In this document: one piece after another, positions 13,280-24,047 of the stretch
Layout: each line of letters begins with the position of its first letter
Numbering within the stretch: position 1 is the first letter of the stretch
Source: an uncultured Chromatiaceae bacterium
GTDB lineage: Bacteria > Pseudomonadota > Gammaproteobacteria > Tenderiales > Tenderiaceae
Reading direction: 5' to 3'
Length of the DNA stretch: 64,000 nucleotides
Assembly: GCA_945787785.1 (NCBI GenBank)
Contig: CALZIO010000001.1
Span: 61,169 to 125,168 of the forward strand
Made by a program: the position numbers and the translations under genes
Notes under the pieces: model-generated
Databases searched by the model: none
What the model saw: only the letters and a program-made list of their open reading frames with translations
Told to the model about the DNA's origin: nothing

Positions 13280-13771
13280 ATGACAACTACCGCCATCTAT
13301 CCAGGCACTTTTGACCCGATCACCAATGGCCATACTGACCTGATCCAGCGAGCCAGTAAGCTGTTTGACAAGGTGATTGTGGCAGTGGCTGAACATAGCG
13401 GTAAGCAGCCAGCTTTTTCGCTGCAAGAACGTATTGATCTGGCCAACACTGTGCTAACCAATGTTGACAAGATAGAGGTCTGCGGTTTTGACACATTGCT
13501 GGTGGATTTTGCCCGGCAGAAGAATGCGCAGATAATTTTGCGCGGACTGCGGGCGGTGTCTGATTTTGAGTACGAATTTCAGCTCACTGGCATGAATCGG
13601 AAAATGGCGCCGGAAATCGAGACCCTGTTCCTGATGCCGGCCGAACAATACACCTACATCTCCTCAAGCCTGGTAAAAGAACTGGCCCGGCTGGGTGGGG
13701 ATGTCAGCAGTTTTGTCCATGAGAAAGTTTTTTCTGCACTTAAGGACAAACTGAAAAATAAGATAAAATAA
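13280..13771 (+). CDS. coaD: phosphopantetheine adenylyltransferase
   Basis: 163 aa with the nucleotidyltransferase motif [10 protein letters not shown]. Confidence 0.9.
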   Translation: MTTTAIYPGTFDPITNGHTDLIQRASKLFDKVIVAVAEHSGKQPAFSLQERIDLANTVLTNVDKIEVCGFDTLLVDFARQKNAQIILRGLRAVSDFEYEFQLTGMNRKMAPEIETLFLMPAEQYTYISSSLVKELARLGGDVSSFVHEKVFSALKDKLKNKIK

Positions 13772-13803
13772 CTAACTTTAGCAACAGACAGTAAAGAAGG
13801 TAG

Positions 13804-15791
<1,988 letters not shown>

Positions 15792-15881
15792 ACTTTGGAC
15801 TTGCACTGCAATCTGATTTACTCTAGACTCGACCGACAGGTTTTAAATGTTTAAATAAATTTTCTTTTGGGAGGGAAAATA

Positions 15882-15992
15882 ATGGGGATTTTAGTTCCAA
15901 TCGTGCTCTTTTTTGGTCTGTGTGTAGTTTTGGCTGGCGCCATGAGTGAAGTGGCTGTAAAAAGCATTGAAGGCAAACATAGCCCAGATTAA
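15882..15992 (+). CDS. small single-TM protein (36 aa)
   Basis: GGGAGGG lies 6 nt upstream of the ATG. Hydrophobic core IVLFFGLCVVLAGA. Followed by a strong terminator. Not in the ORF track because it is under 60 aa. Confidence 0.35.
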   Translation: MGILVPIVLFFGLCVVLAGAMSEVAVKSIEGKHSPD

Positions 15993-16015
15993 ATCAATAC
16001 CAAATCTAATAAAAA

Positions 16016-16041
16016 AGCCCGGGCCTCCCGGGCTTTTTTAT
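16016..16041 (+). terminator. rho-independent terminator after ggt / small ORF
   Basis: Stem AGCCCGGG..CCCGGGCT followed by TTTTTTATT, with an A-run upstream (possibly bidirectional). Confidence 0.6.
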
Positions 16042-16051
16042 TGTAAAATTG

Positions 16052-16065
16052 TTGCTCTGTATCAC
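16052..16065 (+). promoter_or_regulatory. candidate FNR/ANR-type box TTGCTctgtATCAC upstream of mini-HCO gene
   Basis: Matches TTGAT-N4-ATCAA at 8 of 10 positions, about 50 nt upstream of the ATG at 16109. Confidence 0.15.
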
Positions 16066-16108
16066 GCGAAATAATTGAAAATTACTGTAGTAGAAGTTGG
16101 GTTAGGGA

Positions 16109-16624
16109 ATGCCTGCAACAACAAAATATAGACATCTGACGAAGTTTCTTGGCGCCTCTGTCACCTGCTTTTTCATTGGCAGCATTCACGGGGTGCTTCA
16201 AATGCTCCCTCCGATTCGCGCCTGGCTAGATAGCATCGGCAGCCCTTATGGCGGTCCAGGCCATATGATCGATCCGCTGGCCCATGCCCATATCAATCTT
16301 ATCGGTGGAGTGATGATGCTGGCCATGGCAGTCACCTACTACTTGTTACCGCGTTTTACCGGCACCGAGATATGGTCACGCAAACTGGAAGACATCTCTT
16401 TTTGGCTAACCCTTCTCGGTGTCACCTGTTTTTACGGCAGCCTGTTGATCTTTGGCATCTGGGAAGGCCAGCTGCTACTGCAAGAAGGCGCCGAGCACAT
16501 AAACGAAGTACATAAGATTTATATCCCTATCGGCGCGCTGTCGGCCACCATCATGGGGATTGGCCTGTGGCTGTTCCTAGCAAACAGCGCCATGACTATA
16601 TTTAAATCCAGACACAATTCATGA
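16109..16624 (+). CDS. 4-TM membrane protein homologous to the C-terminal HxH helices of CcoN/heme-copper oxidase subunit I (mini-HCO, copy 1)
   Basis: 171 aa with four TM helices. The LAHAHINLIGG and SFWLTLLG motifs align with WIVAHAHLALLGF and FHFWFLLIGF of the CcoN-like protein at 27543..28949. Paralog at 30961..31479. Confidence 0.6.
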   Translation: MPATTKYRHLTKFLGASVTCFFIGSIHGVLQMLPPIRAWLDSIGSPYGGPGHMIDPLAHAHINLIGGVMMLAMAVTYYLLPRFTGTEIWSRKLEDISFWLTLLGVTCFYGSLLIFGIWEGQLLLQEGAEHINEVHKIYIPIGALSATIMGIGLWLFLANSAMTIFKSRHNS

Positions 16625-17133
16625 CACTGGAATGTGGCTGCCCTGAGCAGTTTCCCGACTGGGACAAGCAGGATGTGGACCTGGGAAGTGAAGCAATCAT
16701 TGAATTATCCATTCCAACATTTCTACACATGCCAATGGGCTACGAAGTCTATCTCGGCCGCGTACGACACCTAATCACACAGCTGGAGTTGGAGCCACGC
16801 TGGCCGAACTTTTATCTGACCCAAACCGGCTGGATGCGCGGCAGGATATTCTGCCCCTTAACATCTGGTGACTCACCTTCACGCCATGTCACACGTTTGC
16901 CCAGCCCGTTTCAACTGCGCGGCAAATTACATCAGGGGGATATTGGCAGCATCAAAAGCAGTGTTCGCGAAATGCAATCCGAGCTGCTCGACGCCGGACG
17001 CATGCCGAAAGAACTTTATCTTAGTTACCTGACCTGCCCTATTTGTCAGGGTAAGAGAGGGGGCGCCAAAACCATGTTATTACGCCGCTGGGAACAGAGT
17101 AGCCGCTTGAGCAAACGCGTCAATAAGTCATAG
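16621..17133 (+). CDS. Cys-rich hypothetical protein translationally coupled to mini-HCO
   Basis: 170 aa. Its start overlaps the upstream stop (ATGA). Has CGC and CPIC motifs. No family recognised. Confidence 0.45.
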   Translation: MTLECGCPEQFPDWDKQDVDLGSEAIIELSIPTFLHMPMGYEVYLGRVRHLITQLELEPRWPNFYLTQTGWMRGRIFCPLTSGDSPSRHVTRLPSPFQLRGKLHQGDIGSIKSSVREMQSELLDAGRMPKELYLSYLTCPICQGKRGGAKTMLLRRWEQSSRLSKRVNKS

Positions 17134-17188
17134 AGAAACACTGCACACAGAGATGCGCAACACCACCAGATCAATTCTTTATCAGTAC

Positions 17189-17572
17189 TTATAAATCGCC
17201 GTCATAGACCAGCGGAAACTCCAACACTACTTCTTCACCTGCCTTTTTCTTTTGCAGTTGAACATAGAGAAAAGGCCCACCTGACAGACGCAGGGCGCGA
17301 CGATAAACACCGCTATGGCCATCCTGAATCGCCTGCTGCCAGTTATCGCCGGCCTCAGCCCGCAACGAGATAATAAGATCCCGCACAGGCTTACCGCGTT
17401 CCAGAGTGGCTAACACCAGGAACTCATTCATCCCTGGACGAACGGGTATCGGTCTCGATTGAATCTCGATCACTACATCATTCCACTTCTGTGGCGTAAT
17501 CTGGTAACGGGGATCAGGATCACTACAGGCAGATATCAGCACGGCAATTAATACAGCAAACAAACTTCGCAT
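17189..17572 (-). CDS. lipoprotein, unknown function
   Basis: 127 aa with lipobox LISAC. Last gene of the ccoG operon. Confidence 0.5.
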   Translation of the reverse strand: MRSLFAVLIAVLISACSDPDPRYQITPQKWNDVVIEIQSRPIPVRPGMNEFLVLATLERGKPVRDLIISLRAEAGDNWQQAIQDGHSGVYRRALRLSGGPFLYVQLQKKKAGEEVVLEFPLVYDGDL

Positions 17573-17865
17573 CAGACACTCTTGGCAAATTGTTGTAAAT
17601 ACTTCAGCGTAACACCCAGCTCATGCTCGCTCATCAGCTCATAGGCCTTCATGCGGCGCCGCTCTTGCATGCGGTGGATAACATTGGGCCATTCCTTAGC
17701 AGTATGAGCCAGCGGACTTGGTGGCGCATGGCAATCGGAACAGAACTTCTTCACCATTTGCGCACCTTCAGATTCCGGTTCCGGTAACTTAACTCTAGTG
17801 TTCTCTTGAGGCAGCTCACAGGCAGATAAAAACAGCGCCAGCACAAAAAACCCGAATCTAGCCAT
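17572..17865 (-). CDS. small monoheme c-type cytochrome lipoprotein
   Basis: 97 aa with lipobox FLSAC and a single CSDCH heme-binding motif. Confidence 0.65.
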   Translation of the reverse strand: MARFGFFVLALFLSACELPQENTRVKLPEPESEGAQMVKKFCSDCHAPPSPLAHTAKEWPNVIHRMQERRRMKAYELMSEHELGVTLKYLQQFAKSV

Positions 17866-18299
17866 TAGCTCGGGTGCTTGTTATCAGTCTGCTTATGCTC
17901 TTCTTCGGTTTTGTCCAGATCGAGGCGGCCACCAAGTTTAGAGCCATACAGGCGCACCATGAAATAAACGAATATCGATGCCACTAGGAGATAAAGAATT
18001 GCTATGCCAAACCCCCAATCAATCCAGGCACGCTCATAACCCGGGCGATCACCCCAAAAGGGGAAACTCAAACCGATGGCCACCAACAACACCACGATCA
18101 CCACACCAATGAACCACTTCGGTATCCCCTTTTGCGACTCCGGGATTGACTCCAGCAGCTCCCAGTCTTCCATGCCTCGCTTGGCTAGCCGCTCTTCATC
18201 CGTGTCATAACCAAAATGGTCTTCCGGTGTTTTACCCCATTTGCTGTCAATCGAAGTCAACTTCTCTTTTGGCAAGGGCTTGTTCTGTTGCTCGCTCAT
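17865..18299 (-). CDS. membrane protein with FixP_N-like (CcoP N-terminal) domain and no heme motif
   Basis: 144 aa. QKGIPKWFIGVVIV..FPFWGDRP resembles the CcoP N-domain region NPLPRWWFLLFIG..YP. No CxxCH. Paralog at 25925..26554. Confidence 0.5.
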   Translation of the reverse strand: MSEQQNKPLPKEKLTSIDSKWGKTPEDHFGYDTDEERLAKRGMEDWELLESIPESQKGIPKWFIGVVIVVLLVAIGLSFPFWGDRPGYERAWIDWGFGIAILYLLVASIFVYFMVRLYGSKLGGRLDLDKTEEEHKQTDNKHPS

Positions 18300-19612
18300 A
18301 CGCTACCCGCTGAAAAATGTTGGAGGCGGAAACTGTCTTCCCAGCCGTCCTCGGATTTTACCCGCACCAGTATTGGATGCAGACCCTTTGGCAAATCAGG
18401 ACGTATGCTTAATTTCACATTGATACGCCCTGCGGTATCAAAATCGACCCAATCGTTCTGCAATGTGTAGGCATCTTGCTCCAGGCCTTCTATCGAAACG
18501 TACAACCGAGTCGGTTCATAAAATTTATTAGCTACCGAGATACGATAATCGAGAATTTTATCTGCCTGCAGAGTATCCGCACGGTAGGCCGACAGGTGAT
18601 ACCGCTCGTAGTCCCAAAATCCCCAGGCCATCAATAACACACCAATGATAAAAATAGGGAATGTCCAGGAGACTCGGGAGAATAGATCATTCACGTTAGT
18701 CTTGAAATAGGCAAAGCTTTGCCCCTGGCGCTCACCCATAGCAAATTTCAACAACCCCTGTTTGCCAGTCTCTTTACGTGCCTGCAAGGTGTCACAGGCA
18801 GTAATGCACTCACCACAGTTGATACAGGTATCATAGACATCCGTTTTGCGTGGATCGATTGCCAGAAAACAGGAGCTTACGCAGTAATTACATTTGGCGC
18901 ACTCATCCGAGCGTGTATCATCATAAGCCACATGCAGAGTCTGGCGAGTTTTGAAGGTATGTTGCCATACCTTGTAGATGCACATGAAACGGCACATAAA
19001 ATGACGAATCATGGTGATATCTACCAGGATCACCAGAAAGAAAACGGTATATATCCAATGTAGCGATGGCGCCAAACCAGGATCATACTGGAAGCTGACG
19101 AACTTCCAGATCAATATTGGATCATAAAAATAAAACAAGGGTATTAAGGCAACCAGAGCTGACACCCCAGCAGACAACAGAATCAAAATAATCCAATTTA
19201 GAGTCCTATTCTTTGCTGCCGACAGCTGCATTGGTGAGCCGTCCAGACTAATGTCGGCGCGTTTGCCCAACAGCTTGTGAGTCATGCGGTTAGCCCATTC
19301 CGACATGGTGTTCTGCGGACAGGCCCAACCACAAAACACCGTACCCATCACCGAATAGAGCATGGCCAACAGGCAGGCGACTGCGACCCAGAAACCGAAC
19401 ACAATACCAAAATCAGAAAACCAGATTTGCCGGCCCAGAATGACAAACGCGCCCTGAATTGGATCGATACGAAACAGGCCGCTCATCGGAATAAGCACCA
19501 GCAAGGCCATGACGGACAATTGAAAAGCACGGCGCTGCCAATGCAATTTATTTATCGACTTGCGGGATTCGACTAGAACGGGAATTTCACCCAACGTTTT
19601 GTTGGTACTCAT
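18296..19612 (-). CDS. ccoG: cbb3 oxidase accessory protein CcoG/FixG (4Fe-4S ferredoxin-type)
   Basis: 438 aa. TM helices with FCGWACPQ, plus two ferredoxin cysteine clusters: CAKCNYCVSSC and CINCGECITAC. Confidence 0.85.
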   Translation of the reverse strand: MSTNKTLGEIPVLVESRKSINKLHWQRRAFQLSVMALLVLIPMSGLFRIDPIQGAFVILGRQIWFSDFGIVFGFWVAVACLLAMLYSVMGTVFCGWACPQNTMSEWANRMTHKLLGKRADISLDGSPMQLSAAKNRTLNWIILILLSAGVSALVALIPLFYFYDPILIWKFVSFQYDPGLAPSLHWIYTVFFLVILVDITMIRHFMCRFMCIYKVWQHTFKTRQTLHVAYDDTRSDECAKCNYCVSSCFLAIDPRKTDVYDTCINCGECITACDTLQARKETGKQGLLKFAMGERQGQSFAYFKTNVNDLFSRVSWTFPIFIIGVLLMAWGFWDYERYHLSAYRADTLQADKILDYRISVANKFYEPTRLYVSIEGLEQDAYTLQNDWVDFDTAGRINVKLSIRPDLPKGLHPILVRVKSEDGWEDSFRLQHFSAGSV

Positions 19613-19674
19613 CGCCGTAATTTACCATGAAGGGGGCTTTTTTTCATCCGCAACACAACTCAGGGATATCGCTC

Positions 19675-22311
19675 TTAACGCTGTAAAACAGCATCCAACG
19701 GACTATATTTCTGTAACATTTGCCGGTATTCATCTGCCCGGCCCTTATTACCCTCAGCCAACTCCAGCTGCCACAACGCGCGCAAGGCATCGACGTGGTC
19801 AGGCCGGATAAATAGTATTGCTTCCAGCGTCTTACGTGGATCCGCTCCGCGCGCAGTCATGCTCTGCAGACTTACATACATACGATCAGCCAGGGCGCCA
19901 CTGACCCAACGGTCTTTAGGATTGGCTTGGTAAGCAAGTTGCAATAAGCGTTGCCCCTGACGCGCATCACCCTTTAGTTCAGCCACCCAGGCACGTAACG
20001 CGAGCTCTGTGGCCACATATCCGCGCTCGAATAACTCAGCCTGGGCCATTTCAACTTGCAAGGCCTGATGCGCCTGATTCAGATGAGGGCGTTGTTGCAA
20101 TAGCCACTCCATCAACACCACCAGGTCCATCTCACCTCGATAACGAGCCCGAGGCAGATGATATTCAATGACAGGCGCCCACTCACCCTGAACAGGACCT
20201 TCTGACAGCGTGACAGGGCCCCAGTAGCGTCCCAACCAACTCCAGACACCTTCACTACCCGTGATTTGCTGCTGTGCTGCCTGATCTAGCTTAGCCAGGC
20301 TTTGCAATGTTGTATGTACACTTACCCGCCATTGTTTACCACCCACCAGCGCCAAGCGAAAACCATCAACAAACATCAACGCATCCGGAAAAACCTGCTT
20401 AAAAGTGCGTAACACCACTTTGAGGGATTCGGGATCAAACTGATTCAATGCCAACCACTGCACAAACAAGCCACCTTCAACCAGACGCGATTTGGCTCGC
20501 TGAAATTGCTGTAACGACAACAAGGCACTGCGTCCGACCAAGTCCGGATGAAACAGATCACCGATAATCACATCGTAGCTTTGTGTTGTTGTTTGCAAAA
20601 AACGACGCGCATCGTCACGCACGATTTTCATTTTGTCGCTGATATCATCATTGACTGGCGCAAACCACACCTGTGCCGCCTCTATCGCCCCCTGCGACAA
20701 CTCGACTGCAGTACGTTCCAGCTGTGGATAGGGCAACGATGCCGCAGCCGAAATGCCTGTCCCCAGGCCAAGGAACAATACCTGCTGTGGATCCGGGTGC
20801 AGCAATAAAGGCAGACGCACCTGATTTTGTTGTGACACCACAGCCAGTGGCTCAGATGAAGCATCCATACGCTGCAAATCAGCCAGTAACAGACGTTGAC
20901 CATCTTCACGTTTAATTACATGAGTAATCGCCAGGGCATTTTCATGCACAAACAAGTCGCGACTATTGGCCTGCCCTTGTGGCAACAACTGATTGACAGC
21001 AGGCATTTGTGAAACAGGCCAGGCCAAGACCAGCAACAACGGCAATGCTATCCAACTTCGCTGCGCCGCCCATGCCATTCCAGAAATAAACAACAACAAC
21101 GCTGCCAGCACAATCGTCCCAACTGTGCCCAGCAACGGGACCAATACAAAGCCAGCGACCAACGCCCCTGCTGCGGCGCCGATGGAATTGGCACCATACA
21201 ATTTTGCACCTATCGATTTGTCCTGCCCCAGGCGTGCACTCAACAAAGGCAACCAAGCACCCAGCAACAGAGTCACTGGCAGAGTCAACAATGCGATTGC
21301 TATTCCCTGGGCCAACATTGCACCGGCCAGGGAGTTAAATTCACTCTGTTCCGCCCAGGCGGCTAACAATGGAATCAACCAGAGACTCAACAAGGCAAAC
21401 ACCGCGGTCGCAATTGGTAACACATCAAACCACCAACGCGCCAGCAACCGTCTCGCCAACAAACTGCCAACACCAATCCCCACCAAAAACACCGCCAGGA
21501 TGACCGCCATGACATACTCAGTGCGCAACAACAGCATGCCAAATAGGCGCGTCCAACCAACCTCCAGCATCAAGGCGGCGGCACCAACACCGGCATAGGC
21601 AAATAGTGTGATGAGGTTGATTGATGTTTTTGAAACCGGCTGATTGGAAACGGGCATTTCGAACTTACTCTGGCCTGACTGATTCCGGCGCGACAATAAC
21701 CACGCTGCTGCGCCTACAGCTATTCCTATCATGGCCACCAACCAAACACCCGCCACCCAGCCTAGCGTTGGTAATAGTAACAATGGCAGTAATGCACCAA
21801 TGGCACCACCACAGGTGTTCAGACCGTAAACCCAACTCAGTGACAGTGAAGTATGTTGCACCGCCCTTAACACGAGCGGAAAACCAATCCCCATCAATGT
21901 AGCTGGCAAGGTGATCAAGACGAGTGCTGCGATCAGCTGCATGGCATACCACAAGGATAAGCTCTCAGGTGCTAAATACGTTACCCCTCCATCAACCATG
22001 CGTAAGATGAATGGCAACACCAAGGCATAGAGCGCCACACTAACTTCGATAATCGCAAAAAGTCGCAATGGGTTTTGTCTGTTGTGGCTAATACGACCAC
22101 CCCATAATGCACCAATACCCAGACCCAGCATAAAGGCAGCGGCGCTAACAACAACCCCAAAAATACTGACACCGAATTGCAGCGATAGCATGCGTGCCCA
22201 CAACACCTGGTACGCCAGACCAACTGCACCGGAAAAAAAGTAAAGCGTCGCCACGCCTCTAGCAAAGGATGGGGCCGTTATAACCTGAGCTGGAACCACA
22301 ACAGACATCAA
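19675..22311 (-). CDS. multi-TM / spermidine-synthase-like / TPR fusion protein
   Basis: 878 aa. About 12 N-terminal TM helices, a central PABS-like domain (YDVIIGDLFHPD..GGLFVQW) and a C-terminal TPR-like helical region. Confidence 0.7.
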   Translation of the reverse strand: MMSVVVPAQVITAPSFARGVATLYFFSGAVGLAYQVLWARMLSLQFGVSIFGVVVSAAAFMLGLGIGALWGGRISHNRQNPLRLFAIIEVSVALYALVLPFILRMVDGGVTYLAPESLSLWYAMQLIAALVLITLPATLMGIGFPLVLRAVQHTSLSLSWVYGLNTCGGAIGALLPLLLLPTLGWVAGVWLVAMIGIAVGAAAWLLSRRNQSGQSKFEMPVSNQPVSKTSINLITLFAYAGVGAAALMLEVGWTRLFGMLLLRTEYVMAVILAVFLVGIGVGSLLARRLLARWWFDVLPIATAVFALLSLWLIPLLAAWAEQSEFNSLAGAMLAQGIAIALLTLPVTLLLGAWLPLLSARLGQDKSIGAKLYGANSIGAAAGALVAGFVLVPLLGTVGTIVLAALLLFISGMAWAAQRSWIALPLLLVLAWPVSQMPAVNQLLPQGQANSRDLFVHENALAITHVIKREDGQRLLLADLQRMDASSEPLAVVSQQNQVRLPLLLHPDPQQVLFLGLGTGISAAASLPYPQLERTAVELSQGAIEAAQVWFAPVNDDISDKMKIVRDDARRFLQTTTQSYDVIIGDLFHPDLVGRSALLSLQQFQRAKSRLVEGGLFVQWLALNQFDPESLKVVLRTFKQVFPDALMFVDGFRLALVGGKQWRVSVHTTLQSLAKLDQAAQQQITGSEGVWSWLGRYWGPVTLSEGPVQGEWAPVIEYHLPRARYRGEMDLVVLMEWLLQQRPHLNQAHQALQVEMAQAELFERGYVATELALRAWVAELKGDARQGQRLLQLAYQANPKDRWVSGALADRMYVSLQSMTARGADPRKTLEAILFIRPDHVDALRALWQLELAEGNKGRADEYRQMLQKYSPLDAVLQR

Positions 22312-22358
22312 TAAGCCTTAACACTCAGAGTGTGGCTTGAGTGGTACATAGCAAAAAA

Positions 22359-22739
22359 CTAGAAAGGAAAAAACCAGACAATGGCAGTCACCGCATGGGC
22401 AATGCCAAGTGTAACCGTCAGGCCAGCACTAATCATGTGCGGCACAAAAACTTCTTTATTAAAGACCACCATCGAAACACCAAGATAGGCCGTGCTACAG
22501 AGCAACAACAACAGGGCAATGCCCATATAAAATAGTATCTTGTGCTTAACCTCGTCCTTGACCTCGTAGGCTTCCTGTTGCGCCAGCGCCTCTTGGTTGA
22601 AAGCCTCCATTACCTCCAATGTATCATCGATACGTTGCTGCTCTTGTGCATGCGCGAACGGCATTGCCAGACAGAGAGAAAGCACCAGCAGCGCTGACAC
22701 TAGAGCAATACGATGTTTCAAGCAACGGTAAAGACTCAT
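22359..22739 (-). CDS. exported/membrane hypothetical protein
   Basis: 126 aa with signal peptide and C-terminal TM segments. Last gene of a tightly packed operon. Confidence 0.4.
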   Translation of the reverse strand: MSLYRCLKHRIALVSALLVLSLCLAMPFAHAQEQQRIDDTLEVMEAFNQEALAQQEAYEVKDEVKHKILFYMGIALLLLLCSTAYLGVSMVVFNKEVFVPHMISAGLTVTLGIAHAVTAIVWFFPF

Positions 22740-22744
22740 ACTAT

Positions 22745-22978
22745 TTATTTCTCACCCTTTGCGGCTTCCTCTTTGTTTTTCCGCATCGCATTGTGCCAAT
22801 AGAGTATTGCCATTAGGACAAACGGAAATAACACAGCAATCAGTAAGAAAATAAAAATCATCCATGGCGTATCTATGGTGACGTGCATATAACGATAACT
22901 GTCTGCCATCGCGGCCGGCATCATCAGTAACATCGCCATAAGCACAGCCAACTGACTCAATAATTTATTCATCAGCAT
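22745..22978 (-). CDS. small membrane protein (77 aa)
   Basis: Signal/TM segment plus a second TM. Overlaps the upstream FGE-family gene by 14 nt. Confidence 0.4.
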   Translation of the reverse strand: MLMNKLLSQLAVLMAMLLMMPAAMADSYRYMHVTIDTPWMIFIFLLIAVLFPFVLMAILYWHNAMRKNKEEAAKGEK

Positions 22979-24047
22979 TTACCCCTTCTTTTACATCCGC
23001 AGCACAACGAAAACCGAAAAAATCTGATGCATAATGTGGCCAGGAATAATTTCGGTGATAGGTGGTCGTAGAAAATGGGTCACTTTTCCAAGAGCCACCA
23101 CGCAACACTTTGTATTTGGCATCCACGCCCACTAAATCCACCACCTTCATGGCACGATCTGCGGGTGTAGAAGCGACTTGAATCTTGCCTTTAAAAATGT
23201 TCTGGTCTGCATCTGTGTTTTTATAGGGTAGAAAATCATCCTCAATCCACTCAGACACATTGCCAGCCATATCCATAACACCATACGGACTGGCACCATC
23301 AGAGTAACTCGTCACATCTGTGGTCGAACCCATATTGTAATAAGTATTGAGACGGGCTGTTTCCATCTGCTCACCCCAGGGCCAGCGCCGACCATCGTCG
23401 CCGCGCGCGGCTTTTTCCCATTCTGTTTCATGAGGCAAGCGCTTATTAGCCCAGGTACAATAGTTGCTGGCATCGTACCAGGAAATCATCGTCACCGGAT
23501 GCAATTCCATCCCTTCTTGTATGCGCCCATTTTCCCAATCAAGCGGCGGCCGATATCCATGCTCTGCAACAAAGCGAGCGTACTGGGCATTGGTGGTTGG
23601 GTATTTATCAATCTTATATTCGACTAGATTGACTTCATGTTTGGGATGATTCTGAGCGCTGGTTCTGATCCTGTCTGAGCCCATATAAAAAGGACCGGCA
23701 GGGATAGTTGCCATGCTATTGACCTCAACCCATTGCTCCGGACTTAACAGCGCCTCTACTTCTGCGAGACTATATGGTATCGTCTTTGCCCGGTCAGCCT
23801 CATGCCTTTCGTGCAGAGCTATATCTTCACCAGCAGCACGAATACGGCTATTCATTTCAGTCAGGTCATAGGTTGCCTTGCTAGACATTTCCTGGAAGAC
23901 GCGACTGTGACCCAAATCAACCACGTGAATCGCCCCACCCACCATGGCCAATGCGGCACACGTCACAAGAGTCGCACTTAGAAAGCGTTTACGTCTAGCC
24001 CGCTCCGTTACCGAGAGCTGACGTCTATTTTTATACTGCTTCTCCAT
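22965..24047 (-). CDS. membrane-anchored FGE-sulfatase (SUMF1/NirV-like) family protein
   Basis: 360 aa with an N-terminal TM. Motifs RLPHETEWEKAARG, MAGNVSEWIEDD, RVLRGGSW and GFRC match the FGE-sulfatase domain. Confidence 0.8.
   Translation of the reverse strand: MEKQYKNRRQLSVTERARRKRFLSATLVTCAALAMVGGAIHVVDLGHSRVFQEMSSKATYDLTEMNSRIRAAGEDIALHERHEADRAKTIPYSLAEVEALLSPEQWVEVNSMATIPAGPFYMGSDRIRTSAQNHPKHEVNLVEYKIDKYPTTNAQYARFVAEHGYRPPLDWENGRIQEGMELHPVTMISWYDASNYCTWANKRLPHETEWEKAARGDDGRRWPWGEQMETARLNTYYNMGSTTDVTSYSDGASPYGVMDMAGNVSEWIEDDFLPYKNTDADQNIFKGKIQVASTPADRAMKVVDLVGVDAKYKVLRGGSWKSDPFSTTTYHRNYSWPHYASDFFGFRCAADVKEGVNADE

Noticed and set aside
20993-21598. 201-aa plus-strand ORF rich in Ala/Asn/Pro
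   Set aside because: It is antisense inside the 878-aa membrane fusion gene. It shows no motifs or start signals.
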